A stretch of 64,000 nt of DNA from Thermodesulfobacteriota bacterium. GTDB lineage: Bacteria; Desulfobacterota; Desulfobacteria; Desulfobacterales; JACKCP01. A model generated the notes under the pieces. That model saw only the letters and a list, made by a program, of their open reading frames with translations, did not search any database and was not told the origin of the DNA. The translations under genes were made by a program, and so were the position numbers. The stretch's first letter is position 1. Every line of letters starts with the position of its first letter. This document shows positions 1-9,192 of this stretch, in pieces. The stretch covers positions 980 to 64,979 of the forward strand of contig JBNJDM010000001.1 in NCBI GenBank assembly GCA_051744925.1, in the 5' to 3' direction.

Positions 1-1
1 T

Positions 2-640
2 GAAAACAAAGGATCTGTTTGCGTTCTTTCAGGTCCCAGTTTTGCAAAGGAGCTTGGAGAGCTTAAACCTACTGTTGTAACTGTTGCATCAGCTGATATG
101 GATACAGCTTCATATGTTCAGAAAATTTTTGCATCATCATATTTCAGGGTTTACACAAGTGATGATGTTTTAGGAGTAGAAGCAGGAGGCGCAGTAAAAA
201 ATGTGATTGCAATTGCCTCCGGCGTTGTAGACGGAATGAATCTTGGTCTTAATGCAAGAGCTGCTCTTATTACAAGAGGTCTTGTTGAAATAAGAAGGCT
301 TGGTGTGGCTCTTGGAGCTAATCCTCACACATTTTCAGGGCTTTCAGGTGCAGGCGATCTTATATTAACATGCACAGGAAGTCTCAGCAGAAATCATACT
401 GTAGGTGTAAAGCTTGGAGAAGGCAAAAAGCTTGATGATATTTTAAAAGAGATGAGAATGGTTGCTGAGGGAATAAAAACAGCAAAGTCTGTTTATTATC
501 TTGGCAAAAAACTTGGAATAGAGCTTCCTATATGTGAAGAGATTTATGAAGTTTTATACAACGGAGAAAAGCCTGAAAGATCTGTTCACAGGCTTATGAC
601 AAGACGTCTTAAACATGAAATAGATAATGATCTTGAATGA
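2..640 (+). CDS. gpsA: NAD(P)H-dependent glycerol-3-phosphate dehydrogenase, C-terminal part (5' end outside window)
   Basis: The frame is open from the window edge. Translation ENKGSVCVLSGPSFAKELGE...GVEAGGAVKNVIAIASG...ALITRGLVEIRRLG...GDLILTCTGSLSRN matches the GpsA C-terminal half. The track ORF 98..640 is only the part after an internal Met. Confidence 0.9.
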   Translation, partial: ENKGSVCVLSGPSFAKELGELKPTVVTVASADMDTASYVQKIFASSYFRVYTSDDVLGVEAGGAVKNVIAIASGVVDGMNLGLNARAALITRGLVEIRRLGVALGANPHTFSGLSGAGDLILTCTGSLSRNHTVGVKLGEGKKLDDILKEMRMVAEGIKTAKSVYYLGKKLGIELPICEEIYEVLYNGEKPERSVHRLMTRRLKHEIDNDLE

Positions 641-691
641 TTGTACGGACAAAATTTGTTCAGCAACTCCTTAAATAAAAAAACAATATGT

Positions 692-1435
692 ATGGCCAGT
701 ACAGAAAAAAATGACAATTCAGGTCACAGAGAAAGGCTCAGGAAAAAATTTATGGAATCCGGTTTCTCCGGTTTCCATGATTATGAAATTCTTGAGACTC
801 TGTTAACACTTGGAACCCCTCGTAAAGACTGCAAAAACACGGCAAAAGAACTTCTTGGAAAATTTAAAACACTTCACAGAGTATTTGAAGCTCAGCCTGA
901 AGAATTGAAATCTGTAAAAGGAATAGGCGAGAAAAATCTATTTTCCCTTCTTATTGTTAAATCTGCTGCAGAAATTTTTCTTAAAAAAAAGATAATTGAT
1001 AAGGATATTGTCTCCTGTTCAGAAGATGTTTTTAATTATCTTTTTTATTCAATGAGGGAAAAGGATGTAGAATTTTTTAAAGTTCTTTTTCTTGATTCCA
1101 AAAACAGAGTTTCTGATATTGAAAATATTCATGAAGGAAGTATTTCTTCCAGTGCTGTATATCCAAGGGAAGTAATCAAAACAGCAATAAATAAAAGAGC
1201 ATCAGCTCTAATATTTGCACATAATCATCCCTCCGGATCTGTAGAGCCTTCAGTTGCTGATAAAGCAGTAACAAGAAGGCTTGTTCATGCCTGTCTTAAT
1301 ATTGATATAACTGTGCATGAACATCTGATTATAGGAGATAATAAATACTTCAGCTTTGCTGATCAGGGTTATATAAGAAAATTCAGAGATGAGTTTTTCG
1401 AGCTGGAAAAGGAGATTCTGAATGGAAGACAATAA
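692..1435 (+). CDS. radC: RadC-family JAMM-motif protein (UPF0758)
   Basis: Contains HRERLRKKF, a helix-hairpin-helix-like VKGIGEKN and the JAMM signature ALIFAHNHPSGSVEPSVADKAVT. ATG 692 is preferred over the TTG at 641 offered by the track; the start is uncertain. Confidence 0.85.
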   Translation: MASTEKNDNSGHRERLRKKFMESGFSGFHDYEILETLLTLGTPRKDCKNTAKELLGKFKTLHRVFEAQPEELKSVKGIGEKNLFSLLIVKSAAEIFLKKKIIDKDIVSCSEDVFNYLFYSMREKDVEFFKVLFLDSKNRVSDIENIHEGSISSSAVYPREVIKTAINKRASALIFAHNHPSGSVEPSVADKAVTRRLVHACLNIDITVHEHLIIGDNKYFSFADQGYIRKFRDEFFELEKEILNGRQ

Positions 1436-1688
1436 GCCGGATTGTTTTGGAGATATAGATTCTGTTTTTCCAATGACAGAAAAAGGTTACAGAGAATCAC
1501 CTGAAAACTGTATAAAAAACTGCAGCATAAAAAGAGAGTGTATTATAAAAGCTCTGGAATCAGACAAAGGTATAGAAAAAAAATCTGAGATGATAGATGA
1601 TGCTTATGAAGCAGGAAATATAAATTTTTTTGCAAGATGGGCAAAAAAGAAATCTCTGGAAAACAGAAAAAAACAGAAAAAAGACTGA
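1422..1688 (+). CDS. hypothetical small protein with four Cys and a Lys-rich tail
   Basis: 88-aa ORF that overlaps the radC 3' end by 14 nt and ends 23 nt before the pgk start. No family recognised. Cys residues lie at CFGD...ENCIKNCSIKREC. Confidence 0.45.
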   Translation: MEDNKPDCFGDIDSVFPMTEKGYRESPENCIKNCSIKRECIIKALESDKGIEKKSEMIDDAYEAGNINFFARWAKKKSLENRKKQKKD

Positions 1689-1710
1689 ATATATTTACCG
1701 GGAGAAAAAA

Positions 1711-2889
1711 ATGAAATTTATTGAAGATATCGACATAAAAGGAAAAAAAGTTTTTATAAGAGTAGATTTTAATGTTCCGATGAAAAACGCTGAGGTATCA
1801 GATGATACAAGAATAAAAGCAGGAATTGAAACAATAGAATACGCTCTTGCAAATAATGCTGTTGTTGTTCTTGCTTCCCATCTTGGAAGGCCCAAATCTG
1901 CACAAGATACCCAGTTTTCTATGAAACCTGTTTCCCAAAGACTGTCAGAGTTACTGAAAAAAGACGTAAAAACAGCTCCTGACTGTATAGGCTCTGATGT
2001 TGAAAATATTATAAATTCGGCATCTCCGGGTGATATAATTATGCTTGAAAATTTAAGATTTTATAAAGAGGAAAAAGAGGATAATCCTGAGTTTGCAGAA
2101 AAACTTGCAGGTTTATGTGATGTTTATGTAAATAATGCATTTGCGGTATGTCACAGGAAAAATGCTTCTGTATCAAAAATTACAGAGTTTTCAAAGGTTG
2201 TATGTGCAGGTCATTTGTTAAAAAGTGAACTTGAAACATATAATAATGCTGTAAATAATCCAAAGCGGCCCCTTGCAGCAGTTATCGGAGGAGCAAAAGT
2301 ATCAAGCAAGCTCAGTGCCTTAAAAAATATTATGAATAAGGTTGACTCTGTTTTTATAGGCGGTGCTATGGCAAACACTTTTTTTGCAGCAAAAGGTTAT
2401 TCAATCGGAGATTCCCTGCATGAAAAAGATATGATTAATGCTGCAAAAGAACTTATAAAAACTGCTGAAGAAAATAATGTTAAGCTTTTTCTTCCTGTTG
2501 ACGGAATAATTGCTGAAAAGTGTGATGAAAGTGCAAAATCACAAGTTTCAGGCGTTGAAAATGTTCCTCATGGTTTTCAGATCCTTGATATAGGGCCTGA
2601 AACTGAAAAGTGTTTTAAAAAAGAGCTGGAAAACGCCGCAACAATAGTATGGAATGGCCCTATGGGGGTTTTTGAGCTGGATAAATTTTCACACGGTACT
2701 TTTTCCATGGCTGAAAATATTGCTTCTTCAGATGCTTATACAATAATAGGCGGAGGAGACACAGATGCAGCGGTTCATAAAGCAGGGTATGCAGAAAGAA
2801 TCGATTATATTTCCACAGGAGGCGGTGCCTTTCTGACTCTTATGGAGGGAAAGCCTCTGGCAGCAGTACAGGCTCTGGAATCTGTATAG
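1711..2889 (+). CDS. pgk: phosphoglycerate kinase
   Basis: MKFIEDIDIKGKKVFIRVDFNVPM...ASHLGRPK...WNGPMGVFE...GGGDT is canonical Pgk. ATG 1711 is preceded by GGGAG; the track start at 1630 adds a non-homologous Lys-rich extension. Confidence 0.95.
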   Translation: MKFIEDIDIKGKKVFIRVDFNVPMKNAEVSDDTRIKAGIETIEYALANNAVVVLASHLGRPKSAQDTQFSMKPVSQRLSELLKKDVKTAPDCIGSDVENIINSASPGDIIMLENLRFYKEEKEDNPEFAEKLAGLCDVYVNNAFAVCHRKNASVSKITEFSKVVCAGHLLKSELETYNNAVNNPKRPLAAVIGGAKVSSKLSALKNIMNKVDSVFIGGAMANTFFAAKGYSIGDSLHEKDMINAAKELIKTAEENNVKLFLPVDGIIAEKCDESAKSQVSGVENVPHGFQILDIGPETEKCFKKELENAATIVWNGPMGVFELDKFSHGTFSMAENIASSDAYTIIGGGDTDAAVHKAGYAERIDYISTGGGAFLTLMEGKPLAAVQALESV

Positions 2890-3006
2890 TGGTTGATACC
2901 TGTCACTTTAGGCGTTAAGTCCTAAACGGTTTTGCTATAGTTTTACAAATATAATAAATACAGGTGAGTAAATGAATCAAGCTATAATTTATGTCTACAG
3001 GCGACA

Positions 3007-3690
3007 ATGAAGAATATACCATTTTTTAAAATATTTTTTTTGGTTTTGTTTATCCTTTTATCAATCTGTATTTTTCTGTTCAGGGAATATATCCCCTATT
3101 TTGAAATTTTTACAGACAAAGAACTGTTAAAGCTTAAAGTCCAATCATTCGGGCTTTTAGGCCCTTTTTTTTATATTTTCGTCCAGATGCTTCAGGTTAT
3201 AATAGCTCCTGTACCCGGTGAAGTTACCGGTCTTGTAGGAGGGTATCTTTTTGGAGCATATAAAGGTTTTGCTTTTTCAACTATAGCTTTGACAGCGGGT
3301 TCTGTTTTAAACTTTTTTGTAGGAAGGTTTGTAGGTAAGGAAGCTGTTAAGAGAATTATTCCCTCAGATTATTACTTTAAATTTGATAAGTTTTTTAAAG
3401 AAGAGGGCAGAATTTTTATTCTGGCTCTTTTTTTGTTTCCTGGTTTTCCCAAAGATTTTTTTTGTCTTTTTCTCGGTGTAACTAATCTTGATTTAAAGAC
3501 TTTTTTTCTTTTTGCTTTTTTGGGGAGAATGCCCGGAACTTTGCTTTTAAGCATTCAGGGAGAGTTCCTTTATCAGGGTGATTATATCTTAACTTTAGTG
3601 CTGGCATCTGTAGTAGGAGTTATATCATGTTTACTTATTTACTACCGTAAGCAGATCTATTTAATGTTCAAAAATAATGAAAAACAGTAA
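3007..3690 (+). CDS. TVP38/TMEM64 (DedA/SNARE-associated superfamily) membrane protein
   Basis: Polytopic hydrophobic 227-aa ORF with the family-typical segments QVIIAPVPGEVTGLVGGYLFG and FPGFPKDFFCLFLGVT. Confidence 0.8.
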   Translation: MKNIPFFKIFFLVLFILLSICIFLFREYIPYFEIFTDKELLKLKVQSFGLLGPFFYIFVQMLQVIIAPVPGEVTGLVGGYLFGAYKGFAFSTIALTAGSVLNFFVGRFVGKEAVKRIIPSDYYFKFDKFFKEEGRIFILALFLFPGFPKDFFCLFLGVTNLDLKTFFLFAFLGRMPGTLLLSIQGEFLYQGDYILTLVLASVVGVISCLLIYYRKQIYLMFKNNEKQ

Positions 3691-3805
3691 GAAAAATGAG
3701 AAAACAGGATATTGTTTGTTTTTAGTAAGTTGACCTTAAAGCTAAATTAGTGTTACATATTAATACTAAATAAAAATAATTTTTATATAAAGGGTATAAA
3801 TAAAC

Positions 3806-4873
3806 GTGGCAGGAAGATTATGGCATAAAAGAGAAAATTTAAGTCTGGCTAACAGATTAAGGCGTACTTATTACGAGCTTATGCGTGATGATCTCGACCA
3901 GTTTATCCTGCAGTACGGCCTTGTTGATTCATACTTTCAGTTCAAGGCAAATGATGTACCATACCCCTTTGTAGAAAGAAGAGAGTTGAAACCCAAGGCA
4001 AGAATACCTACTCTTGAGTATGAGTATCAGAATGCTTTTCTTGTAATTTTTATTGAAGATACAATCCCTGTTTCCCATAAAAAATATATACGTTTCTTTG
4101 ACGACAATAAAGCAACAAAGAAAAATTTTTTAAAGGCAGAGTCTTTGTCTTTAAAGCAGGATTTTGACAGAAGCCAGAAATATCTCGATTCCAGATATTT
4201 CTGGGATCTTATAAAAGATCTTCTTCCTGTTGATTACGCTCTTTTGATTCAGAGGGATCCCTCTACCAAACTAACTGACAGGTACGGACTTACACATTTC
4301 CATGTAAGAATCGACTGGCCCATAGCAGAAGCGGCTGAAGAGCTTGCCTTATCCCTTAGATATATTTCTAAAAATCTTTACGAAAAAGGTGATAAAACAG
4401 CTGAAGATCTTCAGAAAAAATTTTTTGAATACTATGGACAGCCTGTTATGTCTGGCGGAAGAAGGACTGCTGCAATAGTTGCTGCTCAGTATATGAAAAG
4501 ACTTTCATGTCTTTCAACGGTTTATGCAGGCAGCAGTGAAAGCAGGGCTGTAATAAGAATTTCTGAAAAAGGACCTGTAAAATCTGTTCTTGCAAAACTC
4601 AGTGAAAAAGAGGTCCAGCAGATAGCAAATGAAAATTCAATGACTGTTTCAGTTTTTAAAGAAAATTATGTAGTTAATAAAGAAGGCAGGCAATATGTTG
4701 TAATATTTACTGTTGCATATGAACATACAGACCACGCAAAGGAAGCAAAACAAGGTAAGCTAAGAGAACTCAATCCCGACCTTTACTGGCTGACCATAGC
4801 TTCTGAACAAATACTTCCAAAACCTTTTACATGGAAATTTCCCCCCCTGAAAGTCAGCAGAATTTATACGTAG
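3806..4873 (+). CDS. hypothetical protein, no recognisable domain
   Basis: 355-aa ORF with a GTG start and AAGGG upstream. It is soluble, with composition like its neighbours. Its 3' end overlaps the convergent GNAT gene by 20 nt. Confidence 0.6.
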   Translation: MAGRLWHKRENLSLANRLRRTYYELMRDDLDQFILQYGLVDSYFQFKANDVPYPFVERRELKPKARIPTLEYEYQNAFLVIFIEDTIPVSHKKYIRFFDDNKATKKNFLKAESLSLKQDFDRSQKYLDSRYFWDLIKDLLPVDYALLIQRDPSTKLTDRYGLTHFHVRIDWPIAEAAEELALSLRYISKNLYEKGDKTAEDLQKKFFEYYGQPVMSGGRRTAAIVAAQYMKRLSCLSTVYAGSSESRAVIRISEKGPVKSVLAKLSEKEVQQIANENSMTVSVFKENYVVNKEGRQYVVIFTVAYEHTDHAKEAKQGKLRELNPDLYWLTIASEQILPKPFTWKFPPLKVSRIYT

Positions 4874-5342
4874 CCTCAGGATCGTTTGATATATTATTCA
4901 TCATTGCTGTTTCATCACAGTCAGGAAATTTTACACAATGTATGCAGTCTGCCCAGATTTTTAAAGGCAGCTCTGATCTGTCTATTATGTCAAATCCGAA
5001 CTTTTTAAAGAAATCAGGCTGATAAGTAAGTGTAAATACATGGGTCATTCCGTATTCTTCTGCTTCTTCCATCATTCTTGTAACAAGGATTGTTCCGATT
5101 CTTTTTCCCTGAAAATTATGGTGAACTGCAAGTGATCTTATTTCTGCAAGACTTTCCCAGCAGAACTGAAGTGCACAACAGCCTATAATTTCTCCTGTAT
5201 CATCATCTTCAAAAACCCAGAAGTCTCTTAAGTGATCATAAAGTTGACTAAGAGGTCTTCCTATCATCTGATGCTGACCGGCAAAATGATTTATAAGTTT
5301 ATGAATAGTTTTTACGTCTTTTAAAGTAGCATGTCTTAGCAT
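4854..5342 (-). CDS. GNAT family N-acetyltransferase (short ArgA-like type)
   Basis: Acetyl-CoA binding motif RSLAVHHNFQGKRIGTILV and a C-terminal Cys pair WADCIHCVKFPDCDE, as seen in short amino-acid N-acetyltransferases. Confidence 0.85.
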   Translation of the reverse strand: MLRHATLKDVKTIHKLINHFAGQHQMIGRPLSQLYDHLRDFWVFEDDDTGEIIGCCALQFCWESLAEIRSLAVHHNFQGKRIGTILVTRMMEEAEEYGMTHVFTLTYQPDFFKKFGFDIIDRSELPLKIWADCIHCVKFPDCDETAMMNNISNDPEATYKFC

Positions 5343-5456
5343 AATTGAAACTTTTTAGTAGATTTAGTATAAATGAGCAAGTAAAAAATATCCCAAACTC
5401 TGAGCGAGAACAATCTTTGCATTGCGCTTTGATAAGTTAAAAATAAATTTTTTAAT

Positions 5457-7424
5457 TTAATGGCTTAATTTTTCTTTTATGAACATTCCTTTTACCCATT
5501 TTTGATCATCAGAGGTTATAAATTCCCCTGAATCCGGGTGAAATTTTTTAAAAATCATACCTTCAGGAACCGGAAAATATTCAGGATATTTCTGGTCTTT
5601 AATAATTTTTTCCATTATATCTTTCCAGATCGGAAGAGCGGCTCTTGCCCCTGTTTCAGGATAACCAAGAGATGTGTTGTCATCACAGCCGACCCATACT
5701 CCGACGGCAACAGAAGGAGAAAATCCAATAAAAAGGGCGTCTCTGAAATTATCTGTGGTGCCTGTTTTTCCGGCCAGGGGATGACTGTTTATCTGTCCTG
5801 ATCTGCCTGTTCCCTCAGTCATGACAGCTCTTAACATATCAGAAAGTACAGCAGCTTCTTTTTCAGGGTAAACTCTTTCTTTTGCAAAATTAGTTTTTTC
5901 ATATATTACTGAATTATCCCTGATTATATCTTCAATAAATGAAGGTTCTTTAAAAATTCCTTTGCCCGGAAAGACTGAAAAAGCATTTGTAAGTTCAAGA
6001 AGAGTTGTTTCGTAAGTTCCAAGAGCAAGGGACAGGGTGTTGCCGGTACGAGAGGAGATTCCGAATTTTTTTATCATTTTGGAAAGTTCTTCAGGATCTA
6101 ATTTTTCAAGCAGTCTTACAGCAGGGATGTTTTTAGAATCAGCAAGCGCTTTTCTCATGGTAACTTCACCTGAGTAGGTTTTGGAAAAGTTTTCAGGCCT
6201 CCACGGTTTCTGTCCTTTTACACTGAAGATGGAAGGGGCATCTCTTAAAGCAAAGTTTTGCGAATATCCGTTTTTTAGTGCAAGAGCATAAACAAAAGGT
6301 TTAAACGCTGATCCGGGCTGTCTTTTGGCCATGACAGCACGATTGAATTTTGACTCTGGGAAGTTTCTGCCGCCTGTCATTGCAAGGACTTTTCTGGTTT
6401 TTACATCAAGGACAATTACTGCACATTCAGGTTTAGCATCAATATTTTTAGCTTTCATTCTTTTTTCAAGGACAGGCATGTTTTTTTCAACAGCTTCTTC
6501 TACATATGACTGTATTTTGGAATTAAGAGATGTGTTTATAGTCAGGCCTGATTTATATAAAAGGTCATAGCCTATTTCTTTTTCAAGCTTTTTCTTTATG
6601 TAATTAACATACCATATATAATCATCATTGTTTTTCTTTTCAGATTCAAGTGAAAGGCCGGCTTTTTTCGCCTTGGTATACTCAGTTTCAGAAATTGTTC
6701 CGGTCGAAACCATATTAAAAAGAACCTGGTTTCTTCTTTGTTTTGCAGCATCAGGATTGTTCAGCGGAGAAAGATAGCTTGGAGCTTTGGGCATTCCTGC
6801 TATAAGAGCAGCCTCATGAATATCTAGTTCAGAAGCAGATTTATTAAAGTATGTTTTTGCTGCAGATTCAGCTCCGTAAGCTCCGCTTCCGAAATAAACC
6901 TGATTAAGATAAAGCCCGAGAATCTCTTTTTTTGTGTATCTTCTTTCAATTTGAAATGCCAGAAGCATTTCTATAAGTTTTCTTTTGATTTTTTTTTCAG
7001 GAGACAGAAAAAGGGTTTTTGCAAGCTGCTGAGTAATTGTACTTGCACCCTCAACAAAGGACATAGCTATTATGTCTTTTACAAGAGCTCTTGCTATTCC
7101 TTTTGGTGACAATCCTGAATGATTGTAAAAACTTCTGTCTTCAGTAACTATAAGGGCATTTACAAGATCTTTTGAAAAATGATCTGTGTTATGGCTTATT
7201 CTTTTTTCATAATAAAGTTCTTTTATAAGTTTATTGTCTGAAGAAAATATACGGGTAATAAGAGGCGGTTTGTAGGTTTCAAGTCTTGTAATTTCATTTA
7301 GATCCGGAAGTGCAAAAGTATAATAACCTATGCCCGTGCCTAGTCCTGCTGCAGATATTATAAATAAAAAAATAACAGAGAATTTTTTTAATAATTTAGA
7401 TTTACCCAATTTATTTATCATCAA
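5457..7424 (-). CDS. mrcA: bifunctional class A penicillin-binding protein (glycosyltransferase/transpeptidase), PBP1A-like
   Basis: N-terminal membrane anchor; GT51 motifs EDRSFYNHSG, GASTITQQLAK and RKLIEMLLAFQIE; transpeptidase motifs SAFKP and KTGTT. Confidence 0.9.
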   Translation of the reverse strand: MMINKLGKSKLLKKFSVIFLFIISAAGLGTGIGYYTFALPDLNEITRLETYKPPLITRIFSSDNKLIKELYYEKRISHNTDHFSKDLVNALIVTEDRSFYNHSGLSPKGIARALVKDIIAMSFVEGASTITQQLAKTLFLSPEKKIKRKLIEMLLAFQIERRYTKKEILGLYLNQVYFGSGAYGAESAAKTYFNKSASELDIHEAALIAGMPKAPSYLSPLNNPDAAKQRRNQVLFNMVSTGTISETEYTKAKKAGLSLESEKKNNDDYIWYVNYIKKKLEKEIGYDLLYKSGLTINTSLNSKIQSYVEEAVEKNMPVLEKRMKAKNIDAKPECAVIVLDVKTRKVLAMTGGRNFPESKFNRAVMAKRQPGSAFKPFVYALALKNGYSQNFALRDAPSIFSVKGQKPWRPENFSKTYSGEVTMRKALADSKNIPAVRLLEKLDPEELSKMIKKFGISSRTGNTLSLALGTYETTLLELTNAFSVFPGKGIFKEPSFIEDIIRDNSVIYEKTNFAKERVYPEKEAAVLSDMLRAVMTEGTGRSGQINSHPLAGKTGTTDNFRDALFIGFSPSVAVGVWVGCDDNTSLGYPETGARAALPIWKDIMEKIIKDQKYPEYFPVPEGMIFKKFHPDSGEFITSDDQKWVKGMFIKEKLSH

Positions 7425-7518
7425 TTTTTAAAACTGTCCTTTAGGGGTATTTTCAGCCAATCATTAAATATCGGAATAATGATCCTTTTGTAAAGACAGT
7501 TTCTGTTTTTAATCAATT

Positions 7519-9174
7519 TTAATTTTTTAACAACTCATCCAGAGCCTGTTTAAGATCTTCATCTTTGAAAGGCTTATTTATAACTTTGTTTATTCCTGAT
7601 TCTTTTATTGTATTCGAATCAAATCTTTGCTTGCTTGACTGACCTATAAAATCACTTTGTGTTGTTATCATAATTATTGGAAGTTTGGATGAATCGTAAA
7701 GCTTTCTTGCTTTTTGAGTTACTTCAATTCCATTGATATCAGGCATGTTAAGATCTGTAATAAGAAGGTCAGGTTTTTCACTTTCAAGAGCTTCAAGAGC
7801 TTTTGCAGGAAATTCAAAAACAACAGGAAGGTATCCCATCTGATGAAGTTTCTGCTTGTAAATTCTCAGCATCATTTTTGAATCGTCTACAGCATATATT
7901 GTAAAAAGTTTTTTGTCAGTTTTCAGTTCTGCTGAAGCCATAATTTTTTCTACAATTTCATCTTCTCCCATTGAAGCCAGAAGATTTGTATAATGCTCCC
8001 TTGTGTCGGGATGTGCATTTTTTGCAAGATGCATTACAGCAAGATTGGAAAAACTTTTTTCCTTAATAAGCTGCTCAAATGTTCTGTCTGCTCCTGAATC
8101 GATTATTGTTCCGACAATATCTTTTGAGGATTTATCCATACCTGAAATCATATTTTTTATTCCTGCTGCAAGAATGGGGGAAAGGTTTTTATCAACAGCT
8201 CTTGCAGCTGCCATTCTAACCTGCTTTTCAGGATCTTCAAGGCCTGCAGCAAGGCTTATTGCCGCTTTTTCTGACGGAAGTTTTTCCAAAGCTTCATATG
8301 CTGCAAATCTGATGTTGGCATTGTCAGGATTTTGGGAAATAAGTTTTGAAACAGCTTTTATTGCACTTTTATCTCCTATGCTTCCAAGAACATTAAGAGT
8401 CATAATAATGGAATCATCATCTTCACATTTGAGGTTCTCAATTACGCCAGGAACAGCCTTTTCGCCTATCTCCACAAGCTTGTCTATAGCTCTGTTTCTT
8501 ATTGCTGTTGAATGGGAGTTCAAAAACTGCATAAGTTTATTTAGAGCATATTGATCCTGAACTTCAGACAGCTTGTCTACAATCAGAAGGTCAGCTTCTG
8601 TTTCTCCTGTAACCGCCTCTCCCAAAAGATTGATTGCAGCAGGTCCACCTACGTAAGAAAGAGCATTTACAGCCTCTTTCTTGAGTCCTGTGTGACCAAA
8701 ATATAAAAAATCGGCAATTTTTCGTATTGTTGAAGTAGACCCTATATTTGCAAGAGCTCTTATAGCAGCTGTTAAGATTCCTACATTTGTTTCATTAACA
8801 AGTATGTCATTTAAAGCTGGCACAGCTTCAGAAATCTGAAGTTCTCCTGCTACTTTAATAAGAATCGATTTATTTTTAACTTCGGGATCTTTTATATAAT
8901 CATTTATAAGTTCGTTGTGATTAAAAAACTTATCAATGAGAAGAGCGTGGATTCTCTTTTGTACAACAGCTTCATTTATTTCAAATTTAAGAAGATGTAC
9001 CAATGATGGATAAGCTATATTATCTTCGGCTTTATTTATTTCATACAAAACCTTGACCTTGCTTTTTTCTTCAAGTTCGGGGAAAAACTGAATAAGGGCC
9101 TTGGTTTTTACAATATCATTTTCTTTAATGCAGAATTTCAGCTCATTAATGAACTCTTCTGTTTTTACAGTCAT
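7519..9174 (-). CDS. HEAT-repeat protein with C-terminal CheY-like receiver domain
   Basis: About 420 aa of HEAT/PBS-lyase-like repeats (repeated A..AL..IG, e.g. IRALANIGSTSTI, VNALSYVGGPAAI, LNVLGSIGDKSAI). These are followed by REC motifs IYAVDDSK, DLLITDLNMPDINGIE, IIMITTQ and NKPF. It is the last gene of the che operon. Confidence 0.8.
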   Translation of the reverse strand: MTVKTEEFINELKFCIKENDIVKTKALIQFFPELEEKSKVKVLYEINKAEDNIAYPSLVHLLKFEINEAVVQKRIHALLIDKFFNHNELINDYIKDPEVKNKSILIKVAGELQISEAVPALNDILVNETNVGILTAAIRALANIGSTSTIRKIADFLYFGHTGLKKEAVNALSYVGGPAAINLLGEAVTGETEADLLIVDKLSEVQDQYALNKLMQFLNSHSTAIRNRAIDKLVEIGEKAVPGVIENLKCEDDDSIIMTLNVLGSIGDKSAIKAVSKLISQNPDNANIRFAAYEALEKLPSEKAAISLAAGLEDPEKQVRMAAARAVDKNLSPILAAGIKNMISGMDKSSKDIVGTIIDSGADRTFEQLIKEKSFSNLAVMHLAKNAHPDTREHYTNLLASMGEDEIVEKIMASAELKTDKKLFTIYAVDDSKMMLRIYKQKLHQMGYLPVVFEFPAKALEALESEKPDLLITDLNMPDINGIEVTQKARKLYDSSKLPIIMITTQSDFIGQSSKQRFDSNTIKESGINKVINKPFKDEDLKQALDELLKN

Positions 9175-9192
9175 ATTTTCCTCGTTTTGTTA

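Noticed and set aside
1630-1710. Extended pgk start at 1630 from the ORF track
   Set aside because: The extension is Lys-rich and non-homologous. ATG 1711 has a GGGAG RBS and gives the canonical Pgk N terminus.
4831-5022. 63-aa plus-strand ORF after the orphan gene, and 75-aa ORF at 58823-59050
   Set aside because: Both are antisense to well-supported genes (GNAT and NUDIX respectively) and have no RBS.
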